Assembly (NCBI GenBank): GCA_965205025.1
Contig: CBDBFU010000013.1
Location: forward strand, 96,001-160,000
Length of the DNA: 64,000 bases
Direction of reading: 5' to 3'
DNA from: Candidatus Poribacteria bacterium
GTDB lineage: Bacteria; Poribacteria; WGA-4E; WGA-3G
The notes below the pieces were generated by a model. The model saw only the letters and a list, made by a program, of their open reading frames with translations, ran no database searches and was not told where the DNA came from. Within the stretch, counting starts at the first letter, position 1. Each line of letters opens with the position of its first letter. Below, piece after piece: positions 40,966-52,433 of the stretch. The translations under genes were made by a program, and so were the position numbers.

Positions 40966-43143
40966 TTAATTTAGATGTGTTTCAAACCAATCCATAATCC
41001 GTTCTTGGTAATCAGTCCGGTGTTCAGGTCGCCAGTCGGTAGGAGAATGACCTTCACCTCTGTACCATACAAAAGTTGCTTTCTTCTTAAGCCGACGTAA
41101 TCCAGAGAAGAGTTCTCCAGATTGTATGAAGTCTAAACTATTATAAGCTTCTCCACAATAAATGAATACTGGGGTTTCAATCTTATCCAAAAAGAATATA
41201 GGTGAGTTATCAATATAACGTTGACGTTCCTCCCAGAGTGAACCCTTTAGATCTCCTTGTCCTGTTTCTGCCCAACCTATACCTCTACTGTGTCCTTTTT
41301 TAGTTAGTTGACCATAATAACTGGTAAGATTGTAGAGGCCGCCACCACAAACTGCTGCATTGAAACGGGGGGTCTGTGTAATCAATCCAGCAGTGCAATA
41401 TCCACCGTAACTAAATCCTATTATCCCTAAACGGTTTGGATCGGCGATACCCATTTCAATTACCTTGTCTATAGCCGGGAGAACGTATCCTGGCATTGCT
41501 TCTAATGAATCGGTAGATTCATCGGGCATATCAACACCGAGAACAGCAAAACCTTGGGCAGCGAGGAGTTGAAAGTTGATTTCTTCCTCAAACCCGAAAG
41601 TGTAAACCTCTCTCGTTAAATTTGCGCCTGGATAGACCTTCGTAATCAGAGGATAACGTTTTCCTTCCTCATAGTTGGCAGGTAGAATCAAAACACCTCG
41701 TAAACGTTCATCATTGGCTGTTTTTGATTCAATGAACTGGGCTTCCCCAAAGCGTAAACCCTGCAAATGAGGATTGAGATCTGTAACTGGTTGTTGTTTT
41801 TCAGAGACTGTATCATACATCCATACTTCCTCAGGGTAAGTTGCATTTTGTGCTCTATAGAGAAGCTTCGTTCCGTTCCCGAAAGGTGTGGATACTGAGG
41901 GTATGTAAATTTGTTGCTCAAACAGACAGGTAACACTTGTCTTATTAGTGTTTATTAAATGGAAACCATCTCTTCTTGTTTCGAGATCATGAGTTCGGAT
42001 ACAGATAGATTGTTCTTCATTTGATTGCCAGATGACATGTGTGTCTCTCTTAGCAATGATATCGATGATGTGTCGTTCCAATCCTTCTGAAAGTTTATGT
42101 GTATTGCTTCCGTCTGATGCAATCTCCCACACATGTCCATCAAAACCGCAGAAAACCGAAGTGCCTGAAGTGTTCCATAACGGACGTGTGAAAAAATGAG
42201 GGGTCTCTTCAAAATTCGCAGTAAGGTTTTTCTGTTCATCGCCCTGTTTTGATGTCAAAAACAGACCATCCGGGTGCGTATATATCAGTTGTTTCCCATC
42301 TGGTGCCCAACTCACGTATCGTGATCCATATCTGATGTTTTTTGCCAAGCACTTTATTGATGATCCATCCAAAGGCACTAATAATAACTCAAAGAAAACA
42401 TCCTGAGAAGTTATACTCTCCTTTCCTATTATGTTGAGTACTGCAACCGCAGTATCATCAGGAGAGAGAAACATTTCTACAACATATAATCCACGTGTGA
42501 GAAACGACACATCACCAGTGGCAACATTAAAAACACCTAAGTCTCCCTGATTCCATGCGAACTGACTGAATTCTTCATTTGAACCCATCTGCTCGTCTGG
42601 ACCAGTATGCCAAACATTGATGACCTGTCCCTCAGAATCAGGAGAAATAATTGTTGAAAAATCTATATCTTCAGGACGAAGTTTTGTGATGATATATTTT
42701 CCATCTGAAGTCCACTGTGGCACCTCATAACCTTCCATTGAACTAATCGGTTGATCACTAATTCGTCGCTGTTTATTTTCAATTTTGTCCCAAACCCATA
42801 GTTGCGGTGCACCCATCCGGTCAGAACAAAATGCAACATAGCGTCCATCTGGGGACCATCTTGGTGCCCAATCAACTCCTACATCAGAGCCGAGTTGATG
42901 AGATTTCTTTGTTTTGATATTGGTAACCCAAACCTCATCACAGTGATGATAATCTGGTGCTCCAGTGGGTAGAAGTCTTGAGTTTTCTGTACTTCTTTGT
43001 TCAGGTGACGACTTTCGATTTGGGTCTTTCACGACATAAGCAAGAGATTCTCCATCTGGGGAAAGTTGCATTTCTGAAATTTGTGGGAAAGCAAGTGATT
43101 TCATTTTAAGTACGTCTGAAACCGTTAATGTATTGTGATTCAT
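40966..43143 (-). CDS. S9 family prolyl oligopeptidase / acylaminoacyl peptidase
   Basis: Propeller WSPDG repeats, GFSYGG, EGH. Confidence 0.9.
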   Translation of the reverse strand: MNHNTLTVSDVLKMKSLAFPQISEMQLSPDGESLAYVVKDPNRKSSPEQRSTENSRLLPTGAPDYHHCDEVWVTNIKTKKSHQLGSDVGVDWAPRWSPDGRYVAFCSDRMGAPQLWVWDKIENKQRRISDQPISSMEGYEVPQWTSDGKYIITKLRPEDIDFSTIISPDSEGQVINVWHTGPDEQMGSNEEFSQFAWNQGDLGVFNVATGDVSFLTRGLYVVEMFLSPDDTAVAVLNIIGKESITSQDVFFELLLVPLDGSSIKCLAKNIRYGSRYVSWAPDGKQLIYTHPDGLFLTSKQGDEQKNLTANFEETPHFFTRPLWNTSGTSVFCGFDGHVWEIASDGSNTHKLSEGLERHIIDIIAKRDTHVIWQSNEEQSICIRTHDLETRRDGFHLINTNKTSVTCLFEQQIYIPSVSTPFGNGTKLLYRAQNATYPEEVWMYDTVSEKQQPVTDLNPHLQGLRFGEAQFIESKTANDERLRGVLILPANYEEGKRYPLITKVYPGANLTREVYTFGFEEEINFQLLAAQGFAVLGVDMPDESTDSLEAMPGYVLPAIDKVIEMGIADPNRLGIIGFSYGGYCTAGLITQTPRFNAAVCGGGLYNLTSYYGQLTKKGHSRGIGWAETGQGDLKGSLWEERQRYIDNSPIFFLDKIETPVFIYCGEAYNSLDFIQSGELFSGLRRLKKKATFVWYRGEGHSPTDWRPEHRTDYQERIMDWFETHLN

Positions 43144-43488
43144 CTTTTAATTCCTTTTTTCGGTTTTACAGCAGGTTTAGAGATCATTACCTACCGTGGA
43201 CGAAATGTTAGTTTATTTTAGAGTAAGGAGGGATTAGAAAAGTTGATAGGAGTGATCCGTTTATAGCAAAACAATTCTAAGAAATGCAATTTAAATATGA
43301 AACCCCTTTACTGTATAAAATTATGTTATCATAATATAAAACTGATTTTCAAATACAATAACTTTTCTATTTAATACTATGGGAAAATGGACGTAACACA
43401 ACAGAAACCAATTAATACATTTAACTTTATATGCGGTTTTCTGCATATTATCTCCTGAGATATTCTTACCAATCCATTACTCACATCT

Positions 43489-45399
43489 ATGAAGACTCCT
43501 TTAAAAAGTCCTATAACATTACGTGCAACGCTGGTAGGAATACTACTAATCCCATTTAATAGTTATTGGATTTTACATCTGAGTTATATATGGGATTCCA
43601 ACCGTCCTACAAGTTTAGCGTTACTGTTTAATGTACTTTTTACACTGCTTGTTCTCATTGCCCTGAATACTTTACTTAGACGGATCCGACCGACATTTGC
43701 TTTCTCACAGACCGAACTACTTACTATCTATGCAATGCTCTGTCAGGCATCTGTATTTGCTGGACGGGATATGCTACAAGTGTTGGTACCCATAATGGGG
43801 AATGGATTTTGGTATGCCACACCAGAGAACGAATGGTCACAGTTATTTCATCAGCATCTACCTGAATGGCTTGTGGTTGGTGACCTTGAGATACTCAGTG
43901 GATTCTATAAAGGTGAATCAACCTTCTATTTACAATCCCATATACAAGCATGGTTAATACCTACACTGATTTGGGTTGGATTCTGTCTCGTCATCGGTAC
44001 AACAATGCTGTGCCTAAACGTACTATTACGTAAACAATGGCAAGAACACGAACGACTCACCTATCCCATTGCTCAACTCCCCCTTGAAATTACGCAAGGT
44101 CAAAGTCGTTTCTTCAATCGTCGAACAATGACGGTTGGGATCTGTATTGCTGCTATACTCAACCTTCTTTATAGTTTACACCAAATTGATCCTGTTTTCC
44201 CTTCGATTCCACTGTATCACAGTTTTAGACTCACAGAGAAACCGTGGAGTGCGATGAACAATCCGGGATTTCGAATTAGTTTCTTTCCTTTTGCCATCGG
44301 TGTTGGGTTCCTGATACCACTTGATCTTGGATTTTCCTGCTGGTTCTTTCACCTATTTTGGCATTTTCAGAGAATCACTGGTGAAAGTTTCGGATGGCGT
44401 AGTGCGATAGGATTTCCACGAGAGATGGCACAGATTAGGGGTGTATGGATTGCATTATTCTTTTGGACGATGTGGATGGGAAGAACACATTTTAAGAGTG
44501 TTATACAAATGCTATTCAGGAATCTACCTCACAAGGAATCAGATGAAACTGAAGCATTACGTTATAGAACAGCAATGATAGGGGCAATTATCGGTCTGGT
44601 ATTAATACTTATATTTTGTTTGAAGGCAGGTATGGCTCTTTGGCTTGCCTTTCTATTTTTTGTCATCTATTTTTGTATGTCAATAACTATAACACGAATT
44701 CGTGCAGAATTAGGTCCACCTGCTCACGATCTTTATAACGCAGGACCAGACCTGCTATTGGTAGATGCTTTTGGTACGCGTCGTATTGGAAACCGAAATC
44801 TATCGGTTATGTCATTGTTCTTCTGGTTGAATCATCTTTCATATCGAGCCCATCCGATGCCCCATCAATTGGAAGCGTTAAAACTTGCCCATCAAACCCG
44901 TTTTAATCCGAAACAACTCCTTTGGGTATTAGCCATAGCTATCTTTGTTGGTGCGCTTTCAGCAGCATGGGGTCACTTACATCTATCCTATCAAGTCGGT
45001 TTAGAGAATGCACGTTCCTGGTATGCCCGCGCAGCCTTTAATCGGTTGGCTGGATGGTTATATAATCCGGGTGAAACGAATATCAGCGGCATGTTTTATA
45101 CTTTTGGTGGCTTCATGTTTGCGCTGAGTTTGTTACTTTTACGTTGGCGATTTATTCAGTTTCCTCTACATCCGGTTGGATATGTCGTTTCAAGTTGGTG
45201 GACATTTACTGGCTTATGGTTTCCACTGTTAATCAGTTGGACTGTAAAACGGATTTTACTTTCTACTGGTGGCGTAAAGTTATACAGACGTGCCATTCCA
45301 TTTTTTATCGGATTGGTAATTGGGGATGTGATTGTAGCATCTGTGATAAGTATTTTAGGATTATTTCTTAATTTCCAAGTTAGGTATCTCAGTTGGTAA
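43489..45399 (+). CDS. DUF6785/DUF6784-like (OPT-related) multi-pass transporter
   Basis: QW..HERL.YP, TR.RAELG, FPLHP.GY, PFF.GL..GD; many TM helices. Confidence 0.7.
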   Translation: MKTPLKSPITLRATLVGILLIPFNSYWILHLSYIWDSNRPTSLALLFNVLFTLLVLIALNTLLRRIRPTFAFSQTELLTIYAMLCQASVFAGRDMLQVLVPIMGNGFWYATPENEWSQLFHQHLPEWLVVGDLEILSGFYKGESTFYLQSHIQAWLIPTLIWVGFCLVIGTTMLCLNVLLRKQWQEHERLTYPIAQLPLEITQGQSRFFNRRTMTVGICIAAILNLLYSLHQIDPVFPSIPLYHSFRLTEKPWSAMNNPGFRISFFPFAIGVGFLIPLDLGFSCWFFHLFWHFQRITGESFGWRSAIGFPREMAQIRGVWIALFFWTMWMGRTHFKSVIQMLFRNLPHKESDETEALRYRTAMIGAIIGLVLILIFCLKAGMALWLAFLFFVIYFCMSITITRIRAELGPPAHDLYNAGPDLLLVDAFGTRRIGNRNLSVMSLFFWLNHLSYRAHPMPHQLEALKLAHQTRFNPKQLLWVLAIAIFVGALSAAWGHLHLSYQVGLENARSWYARAAFNRLAGWLYNPGETNISGMFYTFGGFMFALSLLLLRWRFIQFPLHPVGYVVSSWWTFTGLWFPLLISWTVKRILLSTGGVKLYRRAIPFFIGLVIGDVIVASVISILGLFLNFQVRYLSW

Positions 45400-45497
45400 A
45401 TTAGACAGAATTTGTAGCAGTTTAATGTTTTTTATCGTAAAGTTTAGCAGGATTAATAGACTTGTATATACGGTATTAATGGTTTGAATTTATCATT

Positions 45498-46427
45498 ATG
45501 AACACAGAAAACATCTCACTCAGCGTGAATATTGGTGGAATTCAGATGCGGAATCCTGTGATGACTGCCTCTGGCACATTTGGATATGGAAGTGAATATG
45601 CGGATTTTGTAGACCTAAACAGTCTGGGGGCTGTTGTTGTAAAAGGGGTGACAAGTGTTCCGTGGCCAGGTAATCCAATGAACCGCATTATGGAAACTCC
45701 ATCAGGCATGCTCAATGCTATTGGTCTGCAAAACGTTGGTGTTGACGGTTTTATTTCTGAAAAATTACCTTACCTAAACGAATTTGATGTGCCAGTCATT
45801 GTTAACGTCTGTGGTAAAATGGTTAAAGAATACCTTTTAGTCGTTGAAAAGTTGAGCAGCGTTGATGGTGTTGCAGGTATAGAACTCAATATCTCCTGTC
45901 CAAACCTTGATTGTGGAGGTATGAGTTTCGGTGTTGATCCAACATTGGCACATCAGCTTGTTTCTGAAGTACGAGAGATAACAGATCTACCATTACTTGT
46001 AAAGTTATCACCAAATGTTACTGATATTACAGTAATTGCACGTGCTGTAGAGGATGGCGGAGCAGATGCACTTTCAGCTATAAACACTCTACTGGGTATG
46101 GCAATAAATGCTAAGACGCGTGAACCTGAAATTGCAAATGTAACTGGGGGGCTCTCTGGACCTGCCATTAAACCTGTCGCATTACGATTGGTATGGGAAG
46201 TCTATAAGAGTGTAAAACTGCCAATTGTTGGTATGGGTGGCATAATGAATGGAACGGATGCTGTTGAGTTTCTCATTGCGGGTGCTTCTGCAGTCGCTGT
46301 GGGTACGGCTAACTTTATTAATCCACAAGCATCTATTGAAGTAATAGATGGAATCGGTAATTACCTTGAAAAAATGGAAATGAATTCAGTAAAAGAATTG
46401 GTTGGCAGTTTAAGAGTTGCATCCTAA
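45498..46427 (+). CDS. pyrD: Dihydroorotate dehydrogenase (family 1B catalytic subunit)
   Basis: ASGTFG, NAIGLQN.G, ELNISCPN, KLSPNVT, GGLSGPAIKP. Confidence 0.95.
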   Translation: MNTENISLSVNIGGIQMRNPVMTASGTFGYGSEYADFVDLNSLGAVVVKGVTSVPWPGNPMNRIMETPSGMLNAIGLQNVGVDGFISEKLPYLNEFDVPVIVNVCGKMVKEYLLVVEKLSSVDGVAGIELNISCPNLDCGGMSFGVDPTLAHQLVSEVREITDLPLLVKLSPNVTDITVIARAVEDGGADALSAINTLLGMAINAKTREPEIANVTGGLSGPAIKPVALRLVWEVYKSVKLPIVGMGGIMNGTDAVEFLIAGASAVAVGTANFINPQASIEVIDGIGNYLEKMEMNSVKELVGSLRVAS

Positions 46428-46491
46428 TAGTCAATATATCAGGATACAAATGAGATAAGACGCATATACAACATGCGTCTATAGGAGAACA

Positions 46492-47568
46492 ATGCGACAT
46501 CTGGTAACACTTGACGATTTATCGAATTATGAAATTGAGCAGATATTCCGGTTAGCTGCAGGAATGCAATCGCAATTAGATACGTGGGCAGGAATATGTC
46601 GTAGCAAATTGTTGGCAACACTTTTCTATGAACCGAGTACACGTACCCGTCTTTCGTTTGAAAGTGCGATGGAAAGACTTAATGGTGGTACGCTTGGGTT
46701 TGCTGATCCGGGTGCAACATCGACGACAAAGGGAGAAACACTTGCTGATACAGCTCGGATGGTCACCAACTATGCTGATATTATTGTCGTCAGACACAAT
46801 TTGGCAGGTTCGGCACGGGTTATGGCGAAATATGCCAATATCCCTGTAATCAATGGGGGTGATGGCAGTCATACACATCCGACACAAGCATTGACCGATC
46901 TGTATACAATAATTCGGCGTAAAGAAAAGGTTGAAGGTTTAAGTGTAGGTATTTGTGGAGATCTTCGGTATGGTAGAGCTGCCCATTCGTTCGCCTTATC
47001 CGTTGCCAGATTTGGTGGGAAACTGGTTCATATTGCCCCTGAAGGATTACAGATGCCACCATGGGTATTAACTCGATTAGATCAAATACATGGGCAAAAA
47101 CCTATTGAAGTAGATACTTTCTTGGAGGTTATTGACATGCTTGATGTGATCTATGTCAATCGTCTACAAGAGGAACGGCTTCCTCCTACAGTTGATGTAC
47201 AAGAAGTGCGCGGTAGTTATCTCCTAAATTCAGCAGTGATGAAGAATGCTAAACCAGATGCGATGATAATGCACCCACTTCCCCGTGTTAACGAACTATC
47301 GTATGAATTAGATGATGATCCACGGGCAGCATATTTCGAACAATCTGCCAATGCGGTTCCAGTCCGTATGGCACTGATTTCAAGTTTAATGGGTTTAGAA
47401 CAATTGATTTTGACACAACCCCCTCAACGGAAAATCAGTAATTCCTCTTCTCAATGTCAGAACTCAAATTGCATCACGAACCACGAAACCTATCTTGATT
47501 TAGAACGCGAAACCTTCAATGGAAGTATCGAAGTGAATGTTTGTGCATACTGTGGTACGCTTGAGTAA
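46492..47568 (+). CDS. pyrB: Aspartate carbamoyltransferase with fused PyrI-type C-terminal zinc domain
   Basis: FYEPSTRTR.SFE, HPTQ, HPLPR; tail CQNSNCIT...CAYC. Confidence 0.92.
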   Translation: MRHLVTLDDLSNYEIEQIFRLAAGMQSQLDTWAGICRSKLLATLFYEPSTRTRLSFESAMERLNGGTLGFADPGATSTTKGETLADTARMVTNYADIIVVRHNLAGSARVMAKYANIPVINGGDGSHTHPTQALTDLYTIIRRKEKVEGLSVGICGDLRYGRAAHSFALSVARFGGKLVHIAPEGLQMPPWVLTRLDQIHGQKPIEVDTFLEVIDMLDVIYVNRLQEERLPPTVDVQEVRGSYLLNSAVMKNAKPDAMIMHPLPRVNELSYELDDDPRAAYFEQSANAVPVRMALISSLMGLEQLILTQPPQRKISNSSSQCQNSNCITNHETYLDLERETFNGSIEVNVCAYCGTLE

Positions 47569-47594
47569 GACTTTACTGACTTATAGAAGCCCTC

Positions 47595-47623
47595 ACGGTC
47601 GTGACCGGGAGGTCGCTCCTACA
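47595..47623 (-). repeat. GTAG-type REP-like hairpin
   Basis: Minus strand GTAGGAGCGACCTCCCGGTCACG; relatives near 14267, 19564, 53914 and 60657. Confidence 0.6.
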
Positions 47624-47647
47624 GAAGAGGTGTGAAACGCGAACGTA

Positions 47648-47774
47648 ATACCATTTCTATAAATGATTCTCCCATGATTATGTGACATTTATGTCTTGAA
47701 ATACTACACAAACTGGAAGTTTGTGCTACATTAAAGAGATTCTATTAATGAGACTTTAATTACCAGAAATGGTA
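47648..47774. mobile_element. Diverged MITE family A copy with GTAG-CACAAAC hairpin
   Basis: ATACCATTTCT ... AGAAATGGTA with TA flanks; internal cacaaactggaagtttgtgctac. Confidence 0.7.
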
Positions 47775-47830
47775 TAACTTGAACCAATAGCATCTGTTGT
47801 ATTATTTTTATTGTTCACTATATATTATCC

Positions 47831-49261
47831 CTACAATTCGTCCTTTTCGATGATAGCATATTTGGTATATCGCCAAAAGAGGTCTCCTGGTCCGATAGCT
47901 TGCCAAAGTCCATTAACAAATGTCATGACAGCAGCATCTTGCTGTTCCGTGGTGAGTGTACTGCGTGGAAACCTCCCCTTTTTTCCCCAATTGGAATATG
48001 TGAGTGGTTCACCATTCTCCCACACCCACTGCCCTTCAGTTTTTGCATCGCTGAGTCCAATCCAATAGAGATGATTTCCAAAAACACCTGAAAGCCATTT
48101 CTGCTCATTTTCGTCATTTATAGCCACAAGGTATGCCCCATGAGAAGCCGCTTGATTCCTTGCTTCCTTAAGGCTTCTACATCGAACCTTTCTATATGCA
48201 TGACCATTTTCTGGATTCACTAACCAATTTTCTAAATCCTTATTTGGTTGGGTTATTGTAGTCTTTTCATCAGATTCTGGTATAGTAATTCCCAGTTTTT
48301 CTTCTATTATCTTTGGTGGATTATCAGGCAAATCTATTACCTCAACGTTTTGAATTACCTTTTCTTGAATAACACGTTCTCTAACGACAGGTTTCTGCAC
48401 TTGTTTCGGTTTCCTGGACAACTTACCCAATAAGCCGGGGAGAGAGGAACTTTTTTTAGCTTTTTCTGTTGTTGGTTTTCGTACCGGAGCAACAATCCAA
48501 TCCGGTTTTGGTTCAGGTTCAGATGCCTCAGTATCTAAAGTCAAAACCAAGTCATCATAGCGTGTGCCATCTTCAATTAATATCTTCTCTGATTTAGTTG
48601 TTAATCCTTTGTGACTCACAGAGACAGTGTAATCTGCTGGGTAACGATCTTGGCGAATATAGTACACAAAATATCCATCAGAATCTGTTGTTTCGCCTCC
48701 ACTATTTCTGCTACTCCCTCCGTTTTCAACATTAACACTTTCTACAACCCTTGAAATAGAGGTATTTGCAAGAGGTGTTCCATCCTTGAGCACCACCCTG
48801 GCACGAATTCGCATACGAGGTCGTACAATAACAACCACATTTTGAAGGTGAGTGCCAGGTTTTACACTGAATTTAACTCCGGAATCATAGTGATTTGTAC
48901 TTTGATGAATTGTAATATCACCAATTTCTGCGGAGATAACTTCATAATCCGGTCCCCTCTGTTCTGTATTAAAGGAGAAATTTCCCTTTTCATCCTTATA
49001 CAGATTCCAAGGGATCGTAAATTGAATGGGTATATTTAGAAGATTGCTGAAGGTAAATTCACCTTTTTCATTAGTTTTTGATCGCATGGGACCGTTAGAA
49101 AGTGTAAGTGTAAACCCTTGAACGGGTTCCTCATTCTTATCTAAGACTATTCCAGACAGTGTCCCGGTCTGTACCTGTGCATGACAAGGGATAGATATAA
49201 ATAGGTATAAGGACAAAATACATAAGAGATATTTTGTATAGATATTGTCTATATAAGTCAT
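47831..49261 (-). CDS. Secreted carboxypeptidase-regulatory-like domains + C-type lectin domain (lectin A, copy 1)
   Basis: Signal peptide; NGHAY, LVAIND..EQ.W, WIGLSD, W.NGEP..YSNW. Confidence 0.85.
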   Translation of the reverse strand: MTYIDNIYTKYLLCILSLYLFISIPCHAQVQTGTLSGIVLDKNEEPVQGFTLTLSNGPMRSKTNEKGEFTFSNLLNIPIQFTIPWNLYKDEKGNFSFNTEQRGPDYEVISAEIGDITIHQSTNHYDSGVKFSVKPGTHLQNVVVIVRPRMRIRARVVLKDGTPLANTSISRVVESVNVENGGSSRNSGGETTDSDGYFVYYIRQDRYPADYTVSVSHKGLTTKSEKILIEDGTRYDDLVLTLDTEASEPEPKPDWIVAPVRKPTTEKAKKSSSLPGLLGKLSRKPKQVQKPVVRERVIQEKVIQNVEVIDLPDNPPKIIEEKLGITIPESDEKTTITQPNKDLENWLVNPENGHAYRKVRCRSLKEARNQAASHGAYLVAINDENEQKWLSGVFGNHLYWIGLSDAKTEGQWVWENGEPLTYSNWGKKGRFPRSTLTTEQQDAAVMTFVNGLWQAIGPGDLFWRYTKYAIIEKDEL

Positions 49262-49295
49262 TTTATATTCCTCTACTTTCTGTTAATAAATATTA

Positions 49296-50502
49296 TTACT
49301 TATTATCTTGTGTATTCTCTTTTGGATTTTCTTTCTCAAGAATAGCCATCATGGGGAATCCTGTATGTCGATCAGTTCCAAGGGTATTCCACTTTCCGTG
49401 AGAATTGATTATCACATTATTCAGTATACCTTTGTTTTCATTTAATTGTTTCGCATTACCCCAGTTTGTATAAGTGACCGGTTCGCCACTATGCCATATC
49501 CATTTTCCCTCTTCATCCATTTCACTGAGTCCAATTATATAACTTGACCTATCTGTGATATTCTCAATCCATTTTTCTTCAATTTTATCATTGATTGACA
49601 CGAGATATGCCTTTTCATTGTTTGATTGGGTAAGAGCATCCTCTATACTGTGACAATATATTTTTTTATAATAATGACCATTCATTGGATTGCGTATCCA
49701 AACAGCTGGCGTACTTAGTAATCTATTGAATTCTGCGGAAACCCGTTCTGGTGTATTTTCATCAAAAGGAATCGGTTTATCGTTCAGTTTCAATAATAGA
49801 TGTACTACTGGTTGTCCTTCGAGTGGGATAAATGGATCTGATACAGCAAAATAACCGCCATGTTCAATAGCAATCCTATAAAATTGTGGTTCATCATCTA
49901 TTCTGAGTTTCTCAGTAAAATAACCCTCTGAATCTGTATTTCGGTGTCCACGTGATCTTCCAGATCCAGACCTGTCTATATCTCTTCGATTAATCGCTGT
50001 ATTGACCTGTGTATCTGTGATGGGTGTGCCATCAGCATCAACAACCCTTGCTCGAATTTGCGGTATTATTTTAGTTTTTACCTTAATTATTGCATTCTCT
50101 ATTCTTGCCCCCGGTTTTAATGAGAGTAACATAATTTTGAAAGGTGGTCTTTCCTCAGGATAAAGCGTTAGATCCCCTAAGTCAATTGACAGTATTTTTG
50201 TTTCTGTATCATTATCTCCGATTAGAATTTTTACAGACTCAGGAGGTATGTTTGTTATGGTGAATTTACCATCTCTATCTGTGTGCTGCACAATATGTGG
50301 CATGATTCTCAGTTCTCTAATTTTTGATATTGTATGGACGAATTTCTACCGTGACATTAATTACTGGTTCTCCACTTTCATCCACAACAGTTCCAGAAAA
50401 TGTTGCCTTTTCTTGAGCATTTACCACCGATATTATGAGAATAAAGAACATCAATATAAAGATGTATGACGTATTCTTTCGAAGGTTACATTTATATTTC
50501 AT
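49296..50502 (-). CDS. Secreted carboxypeptidase-regulatory-like domains + C-type lectin domain (lectin B, copy 1); +1 frameshift near 50323
   Basis: Paralog of 52433-53647; extra base in an A5 run. Confidence 0.82.
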
Positions 50503-50646
50503 GGTTTATCTCCCGTTTATTTTGGTTGAGGTAGTTGATAATATTACAATACAAAATATGGAAACAAAATTGGGAAGTGGATGAATCATAGTAAATCCTA
50601 CATAGTTTAATGTAGTATTAATTTTATTGTTCACTATATTTTATCC

Positions 50647-52168
50647 CTACAATTCGTCCCTTTCAATGATAGCATTTTTGGTATATTGCCAAAAGAGGTC
50701 TCCTGATCCGATAGCTTGCCAAAGTCCATTAACAAATGTCATGATAGCAGCATCTTGCTGTTCCGTTGTTAGTGTGCTGCGTGGGAACATACCCTTTTTT
50801 CCCCAATTGGAATATGTGAGAGGTTCACCATTCTCCCACACCCACTGCCCTTCAGTTTTTGCATCGCTGAGTCCAATCCAATAGAGATGATTTCCAAAAA
50901 CACCTGAAAGCCATTTCTGCTCATTTTCGTCATTTATAGCCACAAGGTATGCCCCATGAGAAGCCGCTTGATTCCTTGCCTCCTTAAGGCTTCTACATTG
51001 AATCTTTCTATATGCATGACCATTTTCTGGATTCACTAACCAATTTTCTAAATCCTTAATTGGTTGGGTTATTGTAGTCTTTTCATCAGATTCCTTAATT
51101 AGTTGGGTTATTTTAGTTTTTTCATCAGATTCCTTAATTGGTTGGGTTATTGTAGTCTTCTCATCAGATTCTGGTATAGTAATTCTCGGTTTTTCAATTA
51201 CCTTTGGTGGATTAACCGGCAATTCTTTAACCTCGACGTTTTGAATTACCTTTTCTTGAATAACAGATTCTCTGACGACAGTTTTCTGAACTTGTTTCGG
51301 TTTTCTGGACAACTTGCCAAACAAACTGGGTAGAGAGGGACTTTTAACTTTTGCTTCAGAATCTAAAGTCAAAACCAAGTCATCAATACGTGTGCCATCT
51401 TCAATTAATATGTTCTTTGATTTTACCAAGTCATCAAAACTTGTGTCATCTTTAATTAATTTGTTCCTTTGTTTTGTTGTTAATTCTTTGTTACTCACAG
51501 AGATAGTGTATTCTGCGGGGATACGACCTGGCCGAATATAGTGCACAAAATATCCTTCAGAATCTGTATGTGCATTTCCAATACTTCTGATCATTCCTCC
51601 TAAATTTTTGATAATTTCTCCGTTTTCAACTATAACAATAACACTTTCTATAATCGTTGAAATAGAGGTATTTGCAAGAGGTGTTCCATCCTTGAGCACC
51701 ACCCCTGGTACGAATCCGCGCACGAGGTCGAACAATAACAACCACATTTTGAAGGTGAGTACCAGGCTTTACACTGAATTTAACATCGTGAGGAATGCTG
51801 TGTTTACTTTTGTGAATTGTTATTTTACCAATTTTTGTGGAGATAACTTCATAATCCGGTTCCCATTGTCTTGCTTTAAAAGAGTAATTTCCCTTTTCAT
51901 CCTTATACAGATTCGAAGGAATCGTAAATTGAATGGGTATATTGGGAATATTGTTGAATGTAAACTCACCTTTTTCATTAGTTTTTGAGTGCATGGGACC
52001 GTTAGAAAGTGCAAGTGTAAACCCTTGAACGGGTTCCTCATTCTTATCTAAGACTGTTCCAGACAGTGTCCCAGTCTGTTCCTGTGCAAGACAAGGGATA
52101 GATATAAATAGGTATAAGGACAAAATACATAAGAGATATTTTGTATAGATATTGTCTATATAGGTCAT
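50647..52168 (-). CDS. Lectin A, copy 2; +1 frameshift near 51703
   Basis: Paralog of 47831-49261; extra G in a G4 run; ESDEKT.ITQ.IK x3. Confidence 0.82.
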
Positions 52169-52205
52169 TTTATATTCCTCTATTTTCTGTTAATAAATGT
52201 TATTA

Positions 52206-52433
52206 TACTATTTCTATAAATTATTGTCTCATTAGGCGGTTATAATGGTAGTCATTTTTCAGGTCACAAACTGAATGAAGATTAAAATAATAATTCGGTA
52301 ATGTGTTAGAAATTCGGTTCGGTTAGGAAACCGAACCTACCAAGTTTGGGAAAATGGGAATTACCGAATTTAAAACTTAATCCTCATAAAGTTTGTGGTA
52401 CAAAAAAGAGACATTTTCAATTAGAAATGGTAT
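52206..52433. mobile_element. Nested MITE: family A element interrupted by an IS630-ended MITE (52275-52386) carrying a GTAG REP
   Basis: Empty site at 49291-49300 in the duplicate; TA duplication; inner ends ATGAAGATTAA...TTAATCCTCA. Confidence 0.85.
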
